Below, piece by piece: positions 1 through 14,400 of a DNA stretch of 64,000 nucleotides (position 1 is the stretch's first letter; each line of letters opens with the position of its first letter). The translations under genes and the position numbers were made by a program. The stretch covers positions 8,931,129 to 8,995,128 of the forward strand of contig CM082576.2 in the NCBI GenBank assembly GCA_040954595.2, written 5' to 3'. The stretch is from Balanoglossus misakiensis. Taxonomy: Eukaryota > Animalia > Hemichordata. The notes below the pieces were generated by a model. It was not told the DNA's origin. It did no database searches and saw only the letters and a program-made list of their open reading frames with translations.

Positions 1-2841
1 ACCTTCAAATTGTGTGCATGGCTGAATCAACTAGTAATTTTTCTTGATGTCTCTGACACGTAGGCAGTGTGTTTTATTGACTTGCTTTGTGAAGTTGGTT
101 ACGCTCGTTTCTAAGCAGTTGATTGAGGGGCTGCCCACTGAATAAGTTCAATATTGAATTATTTTGTGGATAACTCCACCTTGTTTTATGGCGTTGGAGT
201 GTTTGAGCTTTTTTGTCCGGCATCTTGTTCATCTTGGCAAACGCCTACCAGACAATGGCCGTTTTCAGATGGAAGTTTACTTAATGTACCAGGTGGTTGG
301 ATAAGTATGATGTGGTGGTAGTGGTCCCAAACAGTCAATGTTTGCTCCATACTTGAGTGAACACCCAATGTGTTGAAATCAGTGGGCTTCTGTTTTTGTG
401 TATGTTTGTGATCTTGAAAATTACAACTTACATCCAGTGTAATTTTTTAATTAAGACAAATATAGTCACTCTTGAGCTGAATATGGACCTAGGTTTGTCA
501 GTTCATGACAACTGCCCGATGAAACAACAGCGAGAAAATTGCAACGCTGACGTGGTTTTGCAAAATGTGTCGGATTTTATTTAGCATTATTCCACCAGTA
601 AAAGAGAGTGTTTGAGTCGGTCAAATATTTAAAGGCTGTCTGTCCATTGTCTCACACCCAGTCATACCCTTAAATGTAAAAGTCATTTAAAAAATACAGG
701 CCAACACTTGTGGTTGGTTTGCAGTGTGAGGTACGTACTTCAGAAAATAGATGCCATAAAATCTCAATGCAGTATGCTTTTCAATATCACACACATCATC
801 TTTTGTGGGAAAAATTTGCAAGTTTCGACTAGTTGAGACATGCCCCAGCATAATCTTCAATTTTTGGCGTACGATTGTTTTCAGAAAAGCCGATCTCGGG
901 TTTTTTTCCCAGTAGCCGTGGTGTCGTTTTATTCTGCGAAATTTATTCCTGTTTAATCACACAGAATAAGTAGCTGGAAATCAGCAACCAGCTGTGGGAC
1001 CTCTTTTGTTTGCTAAGAAAAGAGAGCAAAAACTCTGCCCCGCTGTCTTTATCTAAAAATTAGTAACGTGAAAGACAGCTTCATGTTACCTTGTAAAGCT
1101 GATATGAAATTACAAATACCTTGGCCCTATTGTAGATGTGCGTGAGTACACAGAGTGAGGGGGGAAAAAATTGAAAAACTGTTGAAAGACACGATATTTC
1201 AACAAAATTCTGGGGTAAATATTTACACACAAATTTGTAAAATTTCCTTTTCATGCAAATGCTGAAACAGCCGGTGATAAATTTGTATTTCGGCAAATTG
1301 AAGCGTAATATTTGGAGAAGGGTCTGTGCGACATTCGAAGGAACATCAACAATGAACCATATTTACAAGCAAAGGTTTTTTAATGGAGAGAGAATGTAAA
1401 TTCATATTGAGGAGGTCAGTGCAGCAGCTGTGAAGCATATGGCTCGATCGCATGAAACGACACAAGGAAAAAAAAAAAGAGAGACACTCCCAGCATTTCA
1501 TTAGACAATTTTGTTCCGACGGATGAATTATAGCAATGACCCCGCTAAAAATCCGAATATAGAATACAATTATATTTCCTCTTACTCAGATCATGGACTT
1601 TTCAGAAAGGGTTCCCTTTTAAAGCAGACACGGGACAAGATATTCCCAGGCCCTGGTATATATATATAGCCTGTATGCGAAGTCATCTTATAAGGGTCAC
1701 ATTTCATGGTTCAATACGTTCCAATAATACAGCTAACAACAGGTTGTTGAACAGGCATTAATAAAAAAAAATCTTTCTCGCATTCAGCTCGCAGCGTTGT
1801 TCCCATTATTGCAAGGATTTCTTTCATCTCTCTTGAAGAACTGAAGAAATCAATTTTTTTTTATGAATGTAATTTTGTTTTAATTTTTTTTTTCGCGTGA
1901 AGAGGGAGGGGGTGGCTGTGGGTATTTAAATCCAGGAAATAACTCTATTCTAGGACTATTCATTACCTGACTGATTTCCCCCTGTAATGATGGGGAGTAA
2001 CGACTATCATCTCGGGGATATGGCGAGTGTGTCATGCCGAGTTGCAGAATGCTAGACGCACCAGCTAATTGAAGATAAGCTGTAGGGCATCAGCGGTGCG
2101 GTACACTAACACAATGCCGAGAGTGAATGACTAGGCATCATTAAACTGAAATTGGCCATCTCTAGCTGAGATCAGACAAACTCAATTTCCAGCGTTTCAT
2201 CTGATTCTCGTCAAACTCACTCTCAAATGACGAAATTGGCTCAATTGCGTATCAAATTTTAAGTAGCCGCGAGCGGCGGAGGACCCGACGCTGGTGACTG
2301 GGCGAGCAGGTTTGGCTGGCAGGAAATTGAAAATTCCCCAGTTGTGTTTCGCAATAATGAGGGACGAGGGCGTCATGTAGTCACATGCCGGCGACTGGAT
2401 AAAAAAGGGGGTTTGCGCCGTGTCCTAGCTGGTGTGAACGCTTGCAGCCATACTGGAATGTGACTAAGAATGTTTTTTTATCTCGGCTAGGAGGCTGCAA
2501 GTCACATGAGCCACGTTATTTACCGGATCCAGTTGTGTTGAGTCACTTCCTGATCAAATAAATCCATCTAAAAACAAAAAAATAATATTTTTGTGGGATT
2601 TGGGGTATCTGTCGGTTTGTGGAAGATAAAACCATTCTCATGTAAGGAGACATCTTTCAAGCGTTTTTGTTTTGTGGTGGGTTGTTTTTCGTGCCTGTTG
2701 CTGCTCCTTATCTTATCTTTTGCGAAGCATGTGAAGCAGGCATGTTGTGAAGTAATTATTTGCCCTAATTGCTCTTCACAAACCAAAAAAACATATCAAG
2801 CTTGAAATCTTGTGTTAAATAGTCGGTCACACCTATTCAAG

Positions 2842-2909
2842 GTGTGTGTGTGTGTGTGTCACTGTGTGTGCGTGTGTGTGTGGGGGGGGGCGGCAGAGAG
2901 AGAGAGAGA
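2842..2909. repeat. Compound microsatellite (GT)n - G run - (AG)n
   Basis: Read directly from the sequence. Confidence 0.9.
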
Positions 2910-5900
2910 CTACACAATAAGCTATTCATTTCAAGCATTCAAATTGTTGAGTACTAGCATCACAGTCTTCAAGTAGGGAGGAACCACCTGTTGCCCGCCT
3001 TGGCCGAGGTGACCTTGACACTACGAGATAAATAAAGAAGCCTGTTTTCAAGGTATGCAAATGAGCACCAGCTGTACAGTTCGTGTTCGTAGAATATTGA
3101 GCAGAAAGCGGACAAAAAATGTGATGAGTCAACTGACGATCAGACAGTCGGGGGGAATCTTCCCCGACTTTTCCGCTAGTTGAATATTAGCCAAAGTCGT
3201 GACATGTTAACGATTTTTCCGACCCTCCTAGATGAGCCTGATGCTGTTTTTGTTTGTTTCTTTTTTTGGTGCCGATACAGGCAGGTAAATGGCAAGCACT
3301 AAAACACACAAGTCATTTGTAACCACGTATTGATACAAAAATAGCACAGATGAAATCTCTGAGTGGGGTCATTTTTTAAGAGCGCTACAACTGCTAAAAC
3401 GTTGGGTTGGTTGCTCACAGAGTGATTCCTTTTTCCTGAATAAACATAGGAATGATCAAAACGACTCCTTCACATCCATCATTGTTTTTTTGACTTGGGA
3501 GTTTTGTCTTGTTTTCCACAATTTTTCAAATAATTAAAAGTTCAGTGCAGTTTGTGTGGAATATGCATGGCTTTAAGAGTTGCTTCTGCCTAAAACAATA
3601 AGAGTGCAGCTTGTACACCTGTGATGTAAATATCAAAAACATTTTCTTTAAACACATTGCAGATTGTTATAATCCTGAACAGTTTTGACTTTTGTTCTTG
3701 TGTTTTAATTAAACAAACACTGTATTGCCCTTAGTTCACACATTTGAGAGCTTCCCATTTCTGGACACCCTGTTTGTTTCATTTTTGCTTTGTGATAAAG
3801 GGGTCAATCTGCGGAGATGTTTGTGTACTTCAACCTAGGATCTGAAGGTTAAGACGGGCCACTAGATTAGGGTCCCTGTTTGCCTTGGGCTTCCTCATAA
3901 GGTTATCAGATTTCTGCAACAGTTTTCAGTACGGCATGGTCACCACACACACATTCAATCAACCACCATTCAGCCACGCATGCAGGGGAAGGAATGATTA
4001 CCCTCTAGTTTCGTTTCTCTGCTCCGTTTAGATATTTTCTCTCTCTCTCTTTTATACGTCTTTCCATGGATGTACTCAAAAGTAGATCGACAGTCCTTCT
4101 AATACCACCAAGGCCATGTTTGCGCAGCCGTGGGTATCGGTTTCCTTACAAGGGCAATGTACACAGATGGTCGTTTACAAATCTGTGTGTAAAGCCTGTT
4201 TGAAGTAGTAATTTGTGAAACAGATTAGGAGGTTGTTATCACAGATAATAGGGTTCTTGCAGATTGTTGATCAAACTCTCAGGTGCTCTCAGGTGTTTAG
4301 ATACTTTTCCAGATAAGCCAGGACTTCTATACATGTACATACTAAGGGCTTCACAGTTAACCCCTTGTTATATTCGACAATTTAATCCATTGCTGGCCAA
4401 CTCAGTATTTACTGCTATGTTTATGACTGAATGAAACTTGAAAGTATCTTCGGACCTTGAGGCAGCCGACATTTGAGAAGAAATTAAAACACAGAAAAAA
4501 TTCCCCTGCAAGAAATATGAATTTATAGTTTCCGAGGAACAATGGATGTCAATGGGGAAATGAAAACCAAAATATGCTTATCAAATCCAGAAATGAAGTA
4601 GAAAGCGAAACACACACAAGTTTCAGTAATCGGCTCTTGTATACTTTATTTTGTGCGTGTGTGACTGAGCACTTCAGAAAGAAGAACCGTGTTTTTTAAA
4701 ACCAGTTTTATTCTCAAGAATTTAGTGCCCCCTCTGAAAAGAGAACTGGTCATAATTATGTCTGCATACATGTGCGCCTAAAGATATTTTAATTAAAGCT
4801 GAGGAAAGAAAGAAGTAGATGTTGACTGTGAACATTAAGTTACAGCTTCTTCCAATAATTTGTGATGTTTGTTAAAAATTTGCCTGGTTTAAAAAAATCT
4901 TTTCTAGGCATCAATGAATCTATCCATGATATAATCTGTTTGCAAGTGCAATGCGAAACAGCACGTAACATCCCCTACACGTAATATCTCCTGCACCTCG
5001 TTCAACAAAGTGTTAATAATAGTAAAGTGGTGCTAATCTTGTTAAAATTTTACCACTTCTACAGTGTCCTGTGTGTGGCACTTGGATGCTGTAGGCTGCA
5101 TCACTTAATCTCTCAATTGATTCTGATGACCTCTGATGTAAGAGCGTGTCGCTCTTTTTTCTTCTTCCCCGGGTAACATCTGATGAGTGATCAGAACAGT
5201 GTGTGTATATACCAGGCATAGCAAAGTGACTTGTCTTTATACATAGCAAACCATATTTTCATATTAAGTCCAGCTGGTCAAAAATCTTAGAATGTGACTG
5301 TCAAATGATGTGTTTGATGGGGTATTTCTCTCCGACGGTGATATAATTTGAATGTAAATTCAAAACAGATCCTTTCAAGTCACCGCAGGGGGTTATAAAT
5401 GAAACGTTCATGCGAAGAATTTCTAAGTGGTGTGTGACTGATTACAAGTCGCGATAATTCATATTTCTTAGAAATCCCCTGTGGGAAGGAGCAATATTAG
5501 CGCACATGTGCCCGCTTCTGGGACTCCACTTGTGAAAGCTTAAGATATACACAAGACGACAACTCGGCCAGCTGATCACACTGGCTCACAACTGGCAGTC
5601 GAGATCCCCCAGTGGAATTCGTTACTTAGTTGGTAATCTGGAGAAGTTTTTTTCCGAGGCACCAAGTTCGTGCTGATGTTTTTTAATGTTCAAGTTGCTT
5701 GTGGAGAGGCGTGTTAATTAATTCTTAATTCTCAGAGTGATATTTGTCTTCGCTGCAAATCGCCGAGAAATGACAGGATTACAAAATGAGTGTCTTCTAC
5801 TATTTAATCCCACGGCCACCTTCAAGCTCATTTTGTGTTAAGTCCATCTGTTGCAAGCCTCAGAGTTTGTTATCATTGAAGTGGTTTCTGAAATAGACTT

Positions 5901-7542
5901 CTAAGTCCATTGTGGATCGACGATGTCACTTTTTAGACAGGTACCGTCATAATTTTGTGAGATATTAATAAGTTGTAAAGCAATTGTTCCTTGGTCTATT
6001 CTTAGCTTGTGCAGAATGAAATACTTGCTTCGCACACAAGTAAAGTGTACATGCTGCAAACCAGTTGGTCTTTGATACCACATAGCAACGCGATGAGTTT
6101 TTTTTTGGAAATTCAAAATGTAGAGTCTTAAATGTCATTGTGCTCATCTCGTCTATCAAGGTGCTTCCTGCTGTTAAAATTAACCTGTTCTCTCGGTGTG
6201 GGCCCATCCGTGTTATCGAACACGATGGGGGTGCAACCAAATTGCGGGCGGCGGCGGCTGGCCGTGAAAATGGCTGAAAGATCACTTCCAAGCTAGAGTG
6301 GTTGAGCAGCACGAGTGACTGACACGCTGTGAAGAGAAGTTCAAATGCACACTTCACATCTCATTTCACTTCAGATTTTAATACAAAATGCTTTCAGAGT
6401 CTGAAAAGAGGCTAATGGACAAGGACATTTGCTAATAGTCTGTGACAGAGCCTACAGGTGTACAGGATATACTTGGCAATTTACGAGCGTGTTGTGGGTC
6501 AACGGTGTTTCGGTCCTTTGCTTCTGTCTCGTGAGGAGAGAGAGATACCAGAATGAGATGTATAGTTGAGCGACAATTTGAAGATTATGCCTTAAATCAA
6601 CAAAGTGGTCATTTGAGAAATGCATTCTCAGCTCATTTCTCCCTTCCCGCTGGTTGGATTTTGTGACTTGCCTCTGAAATGAGTATTAGCCTATTAGGTC
6701 ATTCACATGGCGTTGATATGCCAAATATAGTTTGATTTAAACATTAAAAATGACTTGGCCAACAGACACACATTTTTGTGGGGTGGGTACCTGTTTGTTT
6801 GGTTGTCACAAAGATGCAGGTAATTAGCCTCTACCCAATCTATCAACACCTATGTGTTGTACAGTACATTATCATCAGTTGCCTTGAAAAAGACAAGGTG
6901 TCGTCCATGACTTTGCTCATTTATCTCACTGAGTGTTAACAGGGCAAACTGTTAACAACGGGCGGGAAAAAATCGCTTTATAATTAGGAAGAGCAAACAG
7001 AGAGAAAAAAAATTGGCCGTTCATTTTGCCCCGATGTTTGTGTTGGAAATTGACGAATGTGTAAACCATTGAAGACAAGTGTAGTGTGAACCGACACCAG
7101 CGATTGAGGCAATCAGGCAGAAGAAATGGCGTTTTATTGTTCATTTTCTGAGCGTGTGCAGTCCATGCAGAAAAGACTGCTGCTGGCATCTCCCTATTCC
7201 CCCAACAAAGGATTCATTTCAGTGCAAAGCGCGTGGAAATTGTACGTACACGTCTTCTGGTTTGTGTGAAATATGTTCTTTTGATGGACTGTGGCACCGA
7301 TGTGACATGAACAGTGATGTAATCATCTATGAGGTCTCTCAGTGAAATACAAAATGTGCCCCCCCCCCCTTTCCTCATCTTTACAGGGCTACATTAATGA
7401 ACAATTACACCATGGAAATGCACTTTGTAATCTCTCCCCCCCCACCCCGAGGGGAACCCCCCACCCTACTCTAGAAATTAGCTGTCTCCCTGAAAGTGAG
7501 ACCTGGATACATAAATTACTATTTTTGTCCTCCTTATCTCAG

Positions 7543-7734
7543 GTACCCGAACCTTTCCTCGTTGTGGCTCGCAAGACCCTGATCGAGTTCTTTAATGCCA
7601 TCAAGGCTGGCAAGGACACGGACGCATCCTGGAAGAAGGCCATCTACAAAGTCATCAGCAAGCTGGACGACAGCCTGCCGGAATTCTTCCGATCGCCAGA
7701 CTGCCTGGAGGAGCTGGAAAGACTGGAACGATAG
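7543..7734 (+). CDS. PROX1: Prospero/Prox homeobox transcription factor, last coding exon (C-terminal Prospero domain); upstream exons lie left of the window
   Basis: Acceptor ccttatctcag at 7542, then VPEPFLVVARKTLIEFFNAIKAGKDTDASWKKAIYKVISKLDDSLPEFFRSPDCLEELERLER-TAG. This matches the Prospero-domain C-terminus (vertebrate PROX1 VPERFL...EFFNAI.AGKD.DPSWKKAIYKVI.KLD...PE.FKSP.CL.EL). I saw no other Prox exon in 1-7542, so that stretch is probably the last intron. Confidence 0.95.
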   Translation, partial: VPEPFLVVARKTLIEFFNAIKAGKDTDASWKKAIYKVISKLDDSLPEFFRSPDCLEELERLER

Positions 7735-8430
7735 AGCAGATGTCTCATCCGGAAAAACAGTTGAAACGGGAAAAAGAAAAGAAGAGAAAAAAATCAATGG
7801 ATTAAACAGGCTGGAATGGCATTTATTGGTATTTCAATTAACATACGTTTGTTGTATTAATCAAGGCATTGTGCGCAATCAATATCATTTTTTCCCCCTG
7901 AAGCATTACTGTACATGATTGGGTACAGTAGTTTTATGACAAAGTGCCTACTTTGAAAAGCACGATTTCAAGACAGTTTTAATGTATAAAAACTTTTCCT
8001 AGTCAATCATAGGAATTATTTTTATTTTATTGTTAATTTATTTGGCAAAGGTAAAATATTAATTTTTTGTTGTGCATATGTGTGTGTGCTGAAAGCAGGT
8101 AGTGTTTACTTTAGCTCAAAAGTGTTTTTCGGTTTGTGAGAATCTTTTTATTTTTCAAATTGAATTTTTGTTTCCTGGCAGCTATGTGATGTTCACTGAA
8201 ATGTTAGAATTATTTTAAATAGTTATTTGGCTCCGTGGCAGTGTTGGTCTTGTACAGTGTATGCTTTCCAAGGTCGGTTTGATATCCTGACTGGAAAAAA
8301 AAATGGACGCCATGATAGAAGAGACAGGATGGGCCCGATTTTCGACTAGCCCATGTCACATCTAGCTACTCTTGCCAGAATCCTAGATACTGCCATAAAC
8401 TGATATTAAACAGATGGGTACAAACCAACA

Positions 8431-8444
8431 GTTACCATGGTAAC
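8431..8444. promoter_or_regulatory. Perfect palindromic RFX X-box (GTTACCATGGTAAC)
   Basis: Exact 14-bp palindrome matching the GTNRCC-N0-3-RGYAAC consensus. Function is unproven. Confidence 0.5.
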
Positions 8445-11400
8445 CATTTTGCAGGGAAGTTCAGCGCACGGCCAGAATTACTGAGCGAAGTCAGTAGACC
8501 TCTAAGTGATATTTATTACTATTAAAAGATTTGCAATATTTGGGGGAAAAGGGGAAGGTGAATTATCAACCGAAATGAAAAAGAAAGAAGTATTGAAAAC
8601 AAATTTCTTTTGATTATAAGGTATTGGTGTATTAAGTTATAGGGAAACTTACATATGTTTTTTAAACATATTCTAATTTATTGTGGCTTTAAAAGTATCC
8701 ACAGCCCTAGGCTGTATTTCAATCGAGTCGTGTTTTAGTAGGACACTCAATGCAATAATAGTATGAACAGCTCAAGTCTAGTTGTAACAGGCAGCCATCT
8801 TTCAGTTGTCACGCCAACACTCAGCAATATTTCATTTTTGTTTTGTTGTTCATTTTGTTTGTTTTGTTTGGTTACACCAAACCACCCAGTGTTTGTAAAG
8901 TGTCTTTATTTTTTTTGTTTTTATTACCTCACGGTTTTACTAGATGTATGAGAAGAGAGGAGGCCATATTTGTAGTTGGTATCTGGCAGCACCTGTTACC
9001 ACATGTCTCCTTGTTTTTTTTTGAAAGCTCCTTTCACGGGATGCAATATAGAAGCTGGATGAGCGGGCTGTTGCTGCTGCTAATCCCTCATTTGCTTGCT
9101 TGGACTGGTTTTGTTTAAACTGGTGCATTTGGATATCTAAGGAATTATTTTTGGGAGTCTGCAGTCAGCTTGCAGGGCAATGAAAAAGCAGAGGGATAGT
9201 CTTGCAGCAGTGTGCAGCCTTTTTGAAGTAGCTCAGTCCTCATACCATGATCCCAATGAGCGACTTTCCCTCTTTATTTTGTGTCATAGGACACAGTTTT
9301 CTTAAATCTTATCGATGGTAGAACATTGAGTCTGTTTTTTTTATCCGCAGAAAAAGTTTATAATCATTTGTGTGAATACTAAAAGTGTGCTGCTTGGGCG
9401 GATATGAATATTTAATGTGTTCTTGTTGTTTTCAGTTGTGTTGCATGTTAACACATGATGCGCGTTGAAAACAGATAATTTGATTGAAGAAACTGTCAAC
9501 AAATATATGGAAAAGTATTAACACAAATTCTGTTGTTGGTTTGGTTTTAAAGTTATGGATTGCAGTCAAAATTTCTGTAGTGTTTAATAAGGGAAAAAAG
9601 AATCACTGAAGGCATAGCTGTATATGCCATAATTTGTACCAACTCTAGGAGGTAAAAAAACAAATTTACATTTCATTTTGCCGTGTAGCTTTTTGTTTTG
9701 AATATGCTGGACTTGACTGTGTCAACTGAGTGTTGTTGAGTATGGTGTGTGGCAAGTTTAGACATAGACGCTGCTTTAGCTCTCATATGATTAAATCTTA
9801 GCAAACGTAGTTGAGCTGTCACTAGTCACAATAGACAATTATTTTTTGTCGTTGTTTTCTCTGTCTTGATTTTTCAACCAAAACTAATATCATGAGTTCT
9901 TCCAACTTCCATTGTGAATTTTTCTCCCCTCATAATGTTTGGGTGATACTTTCCAGGATGTCTGCTTTTGATATTTGATATTAAAATGATAGTACTATTA
10001 GTTTTTAGATTTGAGAAACGGTGAAAGAAGAGAAAAAAATGATGGCAATTCTAAGAAAGAGCAACATTTCTTGTTCTGATTTTCAACATTGACTGCCTTC
10101 ATGGTATATATCTAGTATTTCATGAAACGGATTTAATCAAATTTTAATAAGTCATAAGATTTTTTTTTCTGGTGATATGGGTCGTTATAACTAGGAGACA
10201 CAGAGATAAGTAAATAAATAAGAGAGGGGGGAAGGGGAAAGAGGTGTTGTATTTTTGTATGGTCCACAGAATTTCCAAAATGATTTGAAGCTATTCTTCA
10301 CTGCCTTATACCAGGGGTGGTGGTTGAATTTCCCATCCATCCTCCCCAGGTCGTGCCTTCTCAAGATTGTATCAATTACAGATAACAGAATAATAAATAA
10401 ACTCACAGGTGTTCGGAAGTGGAAGATCACTTCTAATAGAGTATATTTTTCCACTCTTACCGCGTTTGAGAAATGTTCAGTGTTTTAATATCCTGTTCAC
10501 TGATATTGTTAGTGATGTGTTTGAGGTTTTAAAAAAATACCAAAAATTTGGATTGTGCACTGTGCATGCTTTTTTCATAGGTGGCATATTCTGTGTGTGC
10601 GTTTGTTGAAATCAACTGCCATTTATGTAATAATTGTTTTATTTCTGCCATTCAGTAATGAGATGAGAGACGAAAAATCTGAAATGATTGCAATGCGAAA
10701 TGTGTGCTGATGACATTTTTGGGGGGTCTTGATTTACTGAAGAAGTTGAATTCGTTTCCGTTTACTTGTCCAAAGCCAAAGACCAAATATCTTGCCAAAA
10801 AAAATTGAACAAGCAAAACTAAATCAAGTGCAATAAACAGTTGTTTTACCTGAACAGTATTTCAAACAGGGATTCCTCTAATCAACACACTTTTCATGTT
10901 TTTTGCCTCAATTTTTTCTTTTCTTTTTGAATTTGTGATCAAGTAGATGTCTGGTGGACGTGACGTTGGGTCGATTTTGTGAGTGTTTTCAATGTTGATG
11001 TTACCATGTTTGAAGAAGATAAAATAATACAACAGACATTTCTACTAATAGCAATAAGATATAATTTTTATACAGAATTTCTAACCAGTTTGTAGCTTTA
11101 CAAAAAATTAAAAGAGTATAATAAAAATAGAAAAAAAAATGTTTGCAATAGTGAAATACTCTCCGAGTATATAACAAAACTTTTGAATCTGAGTGAGTGA
11201 AATTCTGTGGACCATACTGAACACCTGATGTAAATATTATAGTAACGTCTAGTTCTCCATACGGAGAAATGCAAATTTCAGGAAAATATTCTACCATATG
11301 TTGACTTTACGCTGTATTTTTCCCACATAGCATGGTTTATATAAGATAAGAAAATCTGAGATTTTAATTGAAAGGGTTTTATTCAATTCCTAGCTCATGT

Positions 11401-14400
11401 TTCTGTATATGTTGGTTTATAATTAAGTTCAGAGAGATATTTTATTCTATCGTCTAGATTTTTTTGGGTGCATTTATTTATAAAAAGAGAGAAAATTTGA
11501 TATTTGTTTTATCAGAATAATTGAAGATGATGTTATTGATGATTTATAGTTTGGATTTCTTTATCCCCATATGTGTGTATTTTTTCTGTGTACACTGTAG
11601 ACTTTTCAAACGGAAAGTGATGGTAGTGGTACTGGGATATTTTTTTCCTCCCCTCAAATCAATGGATGGAGAAAAGTACATTTGTGGACCATTATTTCTG
11701 TGACACATTTGCTTTTTGTCACTTCATAGTCTTGTCTTTTTTGACGCTGGAAATTGATTCTGTAAAACCAGTTCACAAAAAGCCCACCAAAAGTGAAGCA
11801 CTGGCAGAATCGATAATTTGTGTGGACAAGTGCATTTTGATACCCCACGATTTGAATCTTGACGCTTTTCAGACGTACGAAAAGAAATGAGAGTAGAAAA
11901 AAGGTGGCTGCGTGCTGCTGAAGTGGTTTTTAACTGTGTTAAGATTGGCAAAAGTTGAAAAGAAATTTCCCCATCCAGAAAGAAAAGAGTCCCTTTTTTC
12001 TCTCTCTGCACTGTCAAAGATTAGATTGTAACAATTGAGGAGACGTAACCATTGATGACATTGTTCTGAAAAGACCTTCCAGCTCGGAAAGCAGTTATTG
12101 TTTATTTTGCATTCACGTTGTAACGTCCAATTGGCCAATTTGACCTCAGAATTGCAGCTTAATTGAAAACCAAAAGAGGAGAAAGTTTGCTGGCAATTTC
12201 ATTCTGCTCATAATGGACATGAGCCCATGGAAGACTGGGTCCTCTATTTCTAAATTACTTCATTGATGCACATATTGTATTCTGAAATCTGAGAGTCGCG
12301 TATAAAAAAAAAGACGTTGGTTTGATGTCCCTTGCACCCAAAGCATTTCCACTGCTTGAAAGAACTTCTCAGGTTTGCCAGTTCAAAGTGAAAAAATAAT
12401 AAAAAATCAGATGTTACACATTATTGGAAGCAAAAGGGAAAAATTTGAAGGTTTGAAAAAAATAATACATCTACTAGTTACTAGGGGAGACACTGCAGAT
12501 GGTTTGATATTCAAATATGGCAATTCTGAGTCGTCCCATCAGAAATCACCACAAGTTTCTGCCACGGCGTCTCTCTAGGGGGCACGATAATCACAATTAA
12601 TTCCTGCTGGGAGACCCGTAATGCACGCCAGCTCTCCCCGAACCGTCGGCCCATTTGCATTTTGTCCATTTCTTTGCTTATTCTTCCATGACAGTGCGAC
12701 AAGGCAGCTCTTTGTCATGCAAATTCCGCAGAAGGCAGTCTGGGGGTCCTAATCGGCCCTGATTATATTAAATTACATTTTACAGCATCTCTAGCAGTTG
12801 CAACAAAAGAAGCGAGTGGGGAATCAGAATCGGGGAAAAAAAATAAAATAAAAGGGAGAGAGAGAGAGAAAGAGATAGAGCGCAAGATCGGCGGTCAATC
12901 TTCTTGTGTTGCTGTGATAAAGACTTCTTTTCTCTTCCTACAATTATTACTGACAAAGAAGCAATAATTTTCACCATCTGAAGTGCCTTTTGTGGAACAG
13001 TTGAGGAAAAAACACGCCATGAGAGAAACTAAATTACAGCATAATAACATCCTGTTTCTGACAGGAAGCACTCTATCTTAGACATACACATCTTACAAGC
13101 GGAGCAGTTATTGAGGATTTTCACCGCCTATGTTTCGGAGATAAAGTAATTGTGAAATAAAAAAAGAGAAAGAAAGAAAGCGGGCAATCAAGGCAGAATT
13201 TCACTGCTTACAATTTGCGGATAAAAATAAACATGAAATATGATGTGCAAAGGACATCTCCTTTAATGGTGGTGGATGATTTATCATAATATGAAAATGA
13301 AAACACTGGGGTCTCTACCAGTACTTTATAGTCCTTCTAAACAATTTTCTATTTTTTCCTCCGTCTGCAAACATGCAATAAAAGAGAAGGAAAATTAAAA
13401 ATAGTTTTAATTTCATGTCTGAATAGCCTACCTTGCCTCAAACAAGACAATACAACTCTCAAATATCAGGGCCTTCATGTTTTATTTTGTCAGCAGTGTT
13501 TTATGGGGTATCAATGTGTATCTTGTGTCACTTTCATATTCTCCAGCTGATACATGGAGATGAAATAAGTCTGTTGTTATGCAGATTATATGCAGATTTG
13601 GAGACTTTTCACTCCTTATCAGTTGTTGGGGGGAAATTATGGTCCATGGCAATAAAGAGTTCGCGCATAATTTTATTGCGTGTTTTCTTGGACGCACGCA
13701 CACTGAGAAGAAAGATATTACAAAGTTGATTATTCATTCATTCATTCCTTCCAAGAGTGCAATATTTAGACAAATCTTATTTAAAAATCTTTTAATCTTC
13801 CTCCTTTCGTGTAACAAATCCCGAACAGTACCACTCCACACTTTCTTCACTGTTGTCTTTACAAAGAATTCAGAACCGAATATTGTTGCTAGTCGTTTCA
13901 CTTCCCCCTCCATCCCTCTGTGCAGATTGAAGTAACCGGAAATTGTTATTCTTGTTGTGAGGTTGCTCCAATTTCATGGAAGAAGGGGAGGGGGGATAGG
14001 GTTAAATCAAATTTACAACCACTAAATGTACAGTCAACTGTAGTCTCTTTTAAAAACTATGCATCTTTTTAGAGTCTTTTTAGACGGATCAAGGCTTGCC
14101 TTCCTTGCATCCCACAATACTTCCTGAAATCCTTTCTACAATCAATAGTATTAGGGGTATAAACAATGGTCGGGGTTTTAGGGCAGTTATATATGCAGAT
14201 TAACAATTTCACATCGAAATCTTCCAATGACTTCCTTTATATTCGCACAAAATAGAAGAAAAAATAATCAGCTTTAAAAAAAAAAGTATGAGTAAAAAAA
14301 AAACACTTGGGGTCTTCTTACATAGCATGTTGTTGGGGTTTCACACAAACCAATTTTAGGTGCCTTTACCAGCCTCTGATGCAGATTTTTTCATCCAGAT

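Noticed and set aside
7732-7764. Stop-codon readthrough of prospero
   Set aside because: TAG-A is not a leaky context and the next in-frame stop follows after only nine codons.
8236-8258. TGGCAGTGT resembling the miR-34 5' end
   Set aside because: Only the seed region matches and I found no precursor hairpin. No miRNA, tRNA or rRNA gene was recognised in the window, although I could not run a covariance-model search.
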